DNA of 20,000 nucleotides from Folioceros fuciformis (taxonomy: Eukaryota). Of this stretch, positions 19,956 to 20,000 are shown piece by piece. The notes beneath the pieces are model-generated. The model had not been told where the DNA came from and did no database searches. It saw only the letters and a program-made list of their open reading frames with translations. The translations under genes were made by a program, and so were the position numbers. Numbering within the stretch: position 1 is the stretch's first letter; every line of letters starts with the position of its first letter. The stretch spans positions 102,173 through 122,172 of the forward strand of contig JBNGIO010005880.1 in the NCBI GenBank assembly GCA_049999805.1, given 5' to 3'.

Positions 19956-20000
19956 TAAAGAAATTAAAGTAATTAGGGTTGCATTACTTAAATTAATAGC

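Overview
Eukaryotic land-plant nuclear DNA, not prokaryotic. A hornwort-like genome is my best inference, from the WW-type PG box of the PPR protein and the very short (94-124 nt) introns. The left ~11.5 kb holds three + strand genes. (1) An intronless PLS-class PPR organellar RNA-editing-factor gene, 1313-4936, with ~29 PPR motifs plus E1, E2 and a 'PGQSWWTD' box. Its ORF stops before a functional DYW deaminase, but frame-shifted, decayed DYW-like remnants appear to follow, broken by a 26-bp microrepeat. A degenerate copy of the gene's 5' end lies just upstream. (2) A 4-exon G-patch protein gene, 5505-6324, that the ORF track splits into pieces. (3) A 2-exon glycosyltransferase family 92 (DUF23) gene, 9296-11447, whose first exon spans a 100-N gap flanked by an exact 11-bp direct repeat. 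The right ~8.5 kb is transposon-rich: a degenerate minus-strand Ty1/copia pol with PPT and LTR, an orphan tRNA-iMet PBS, a possible LINE relic, several tandem duplications and perfect hairpins. I found no rRNA, tRNA or CRISPR array. I see no clearly new multi-gene system. The most interesting signal is the apparent snapshot of DYW:WW deaminase loss in an expanding PPR editing-factor gene.
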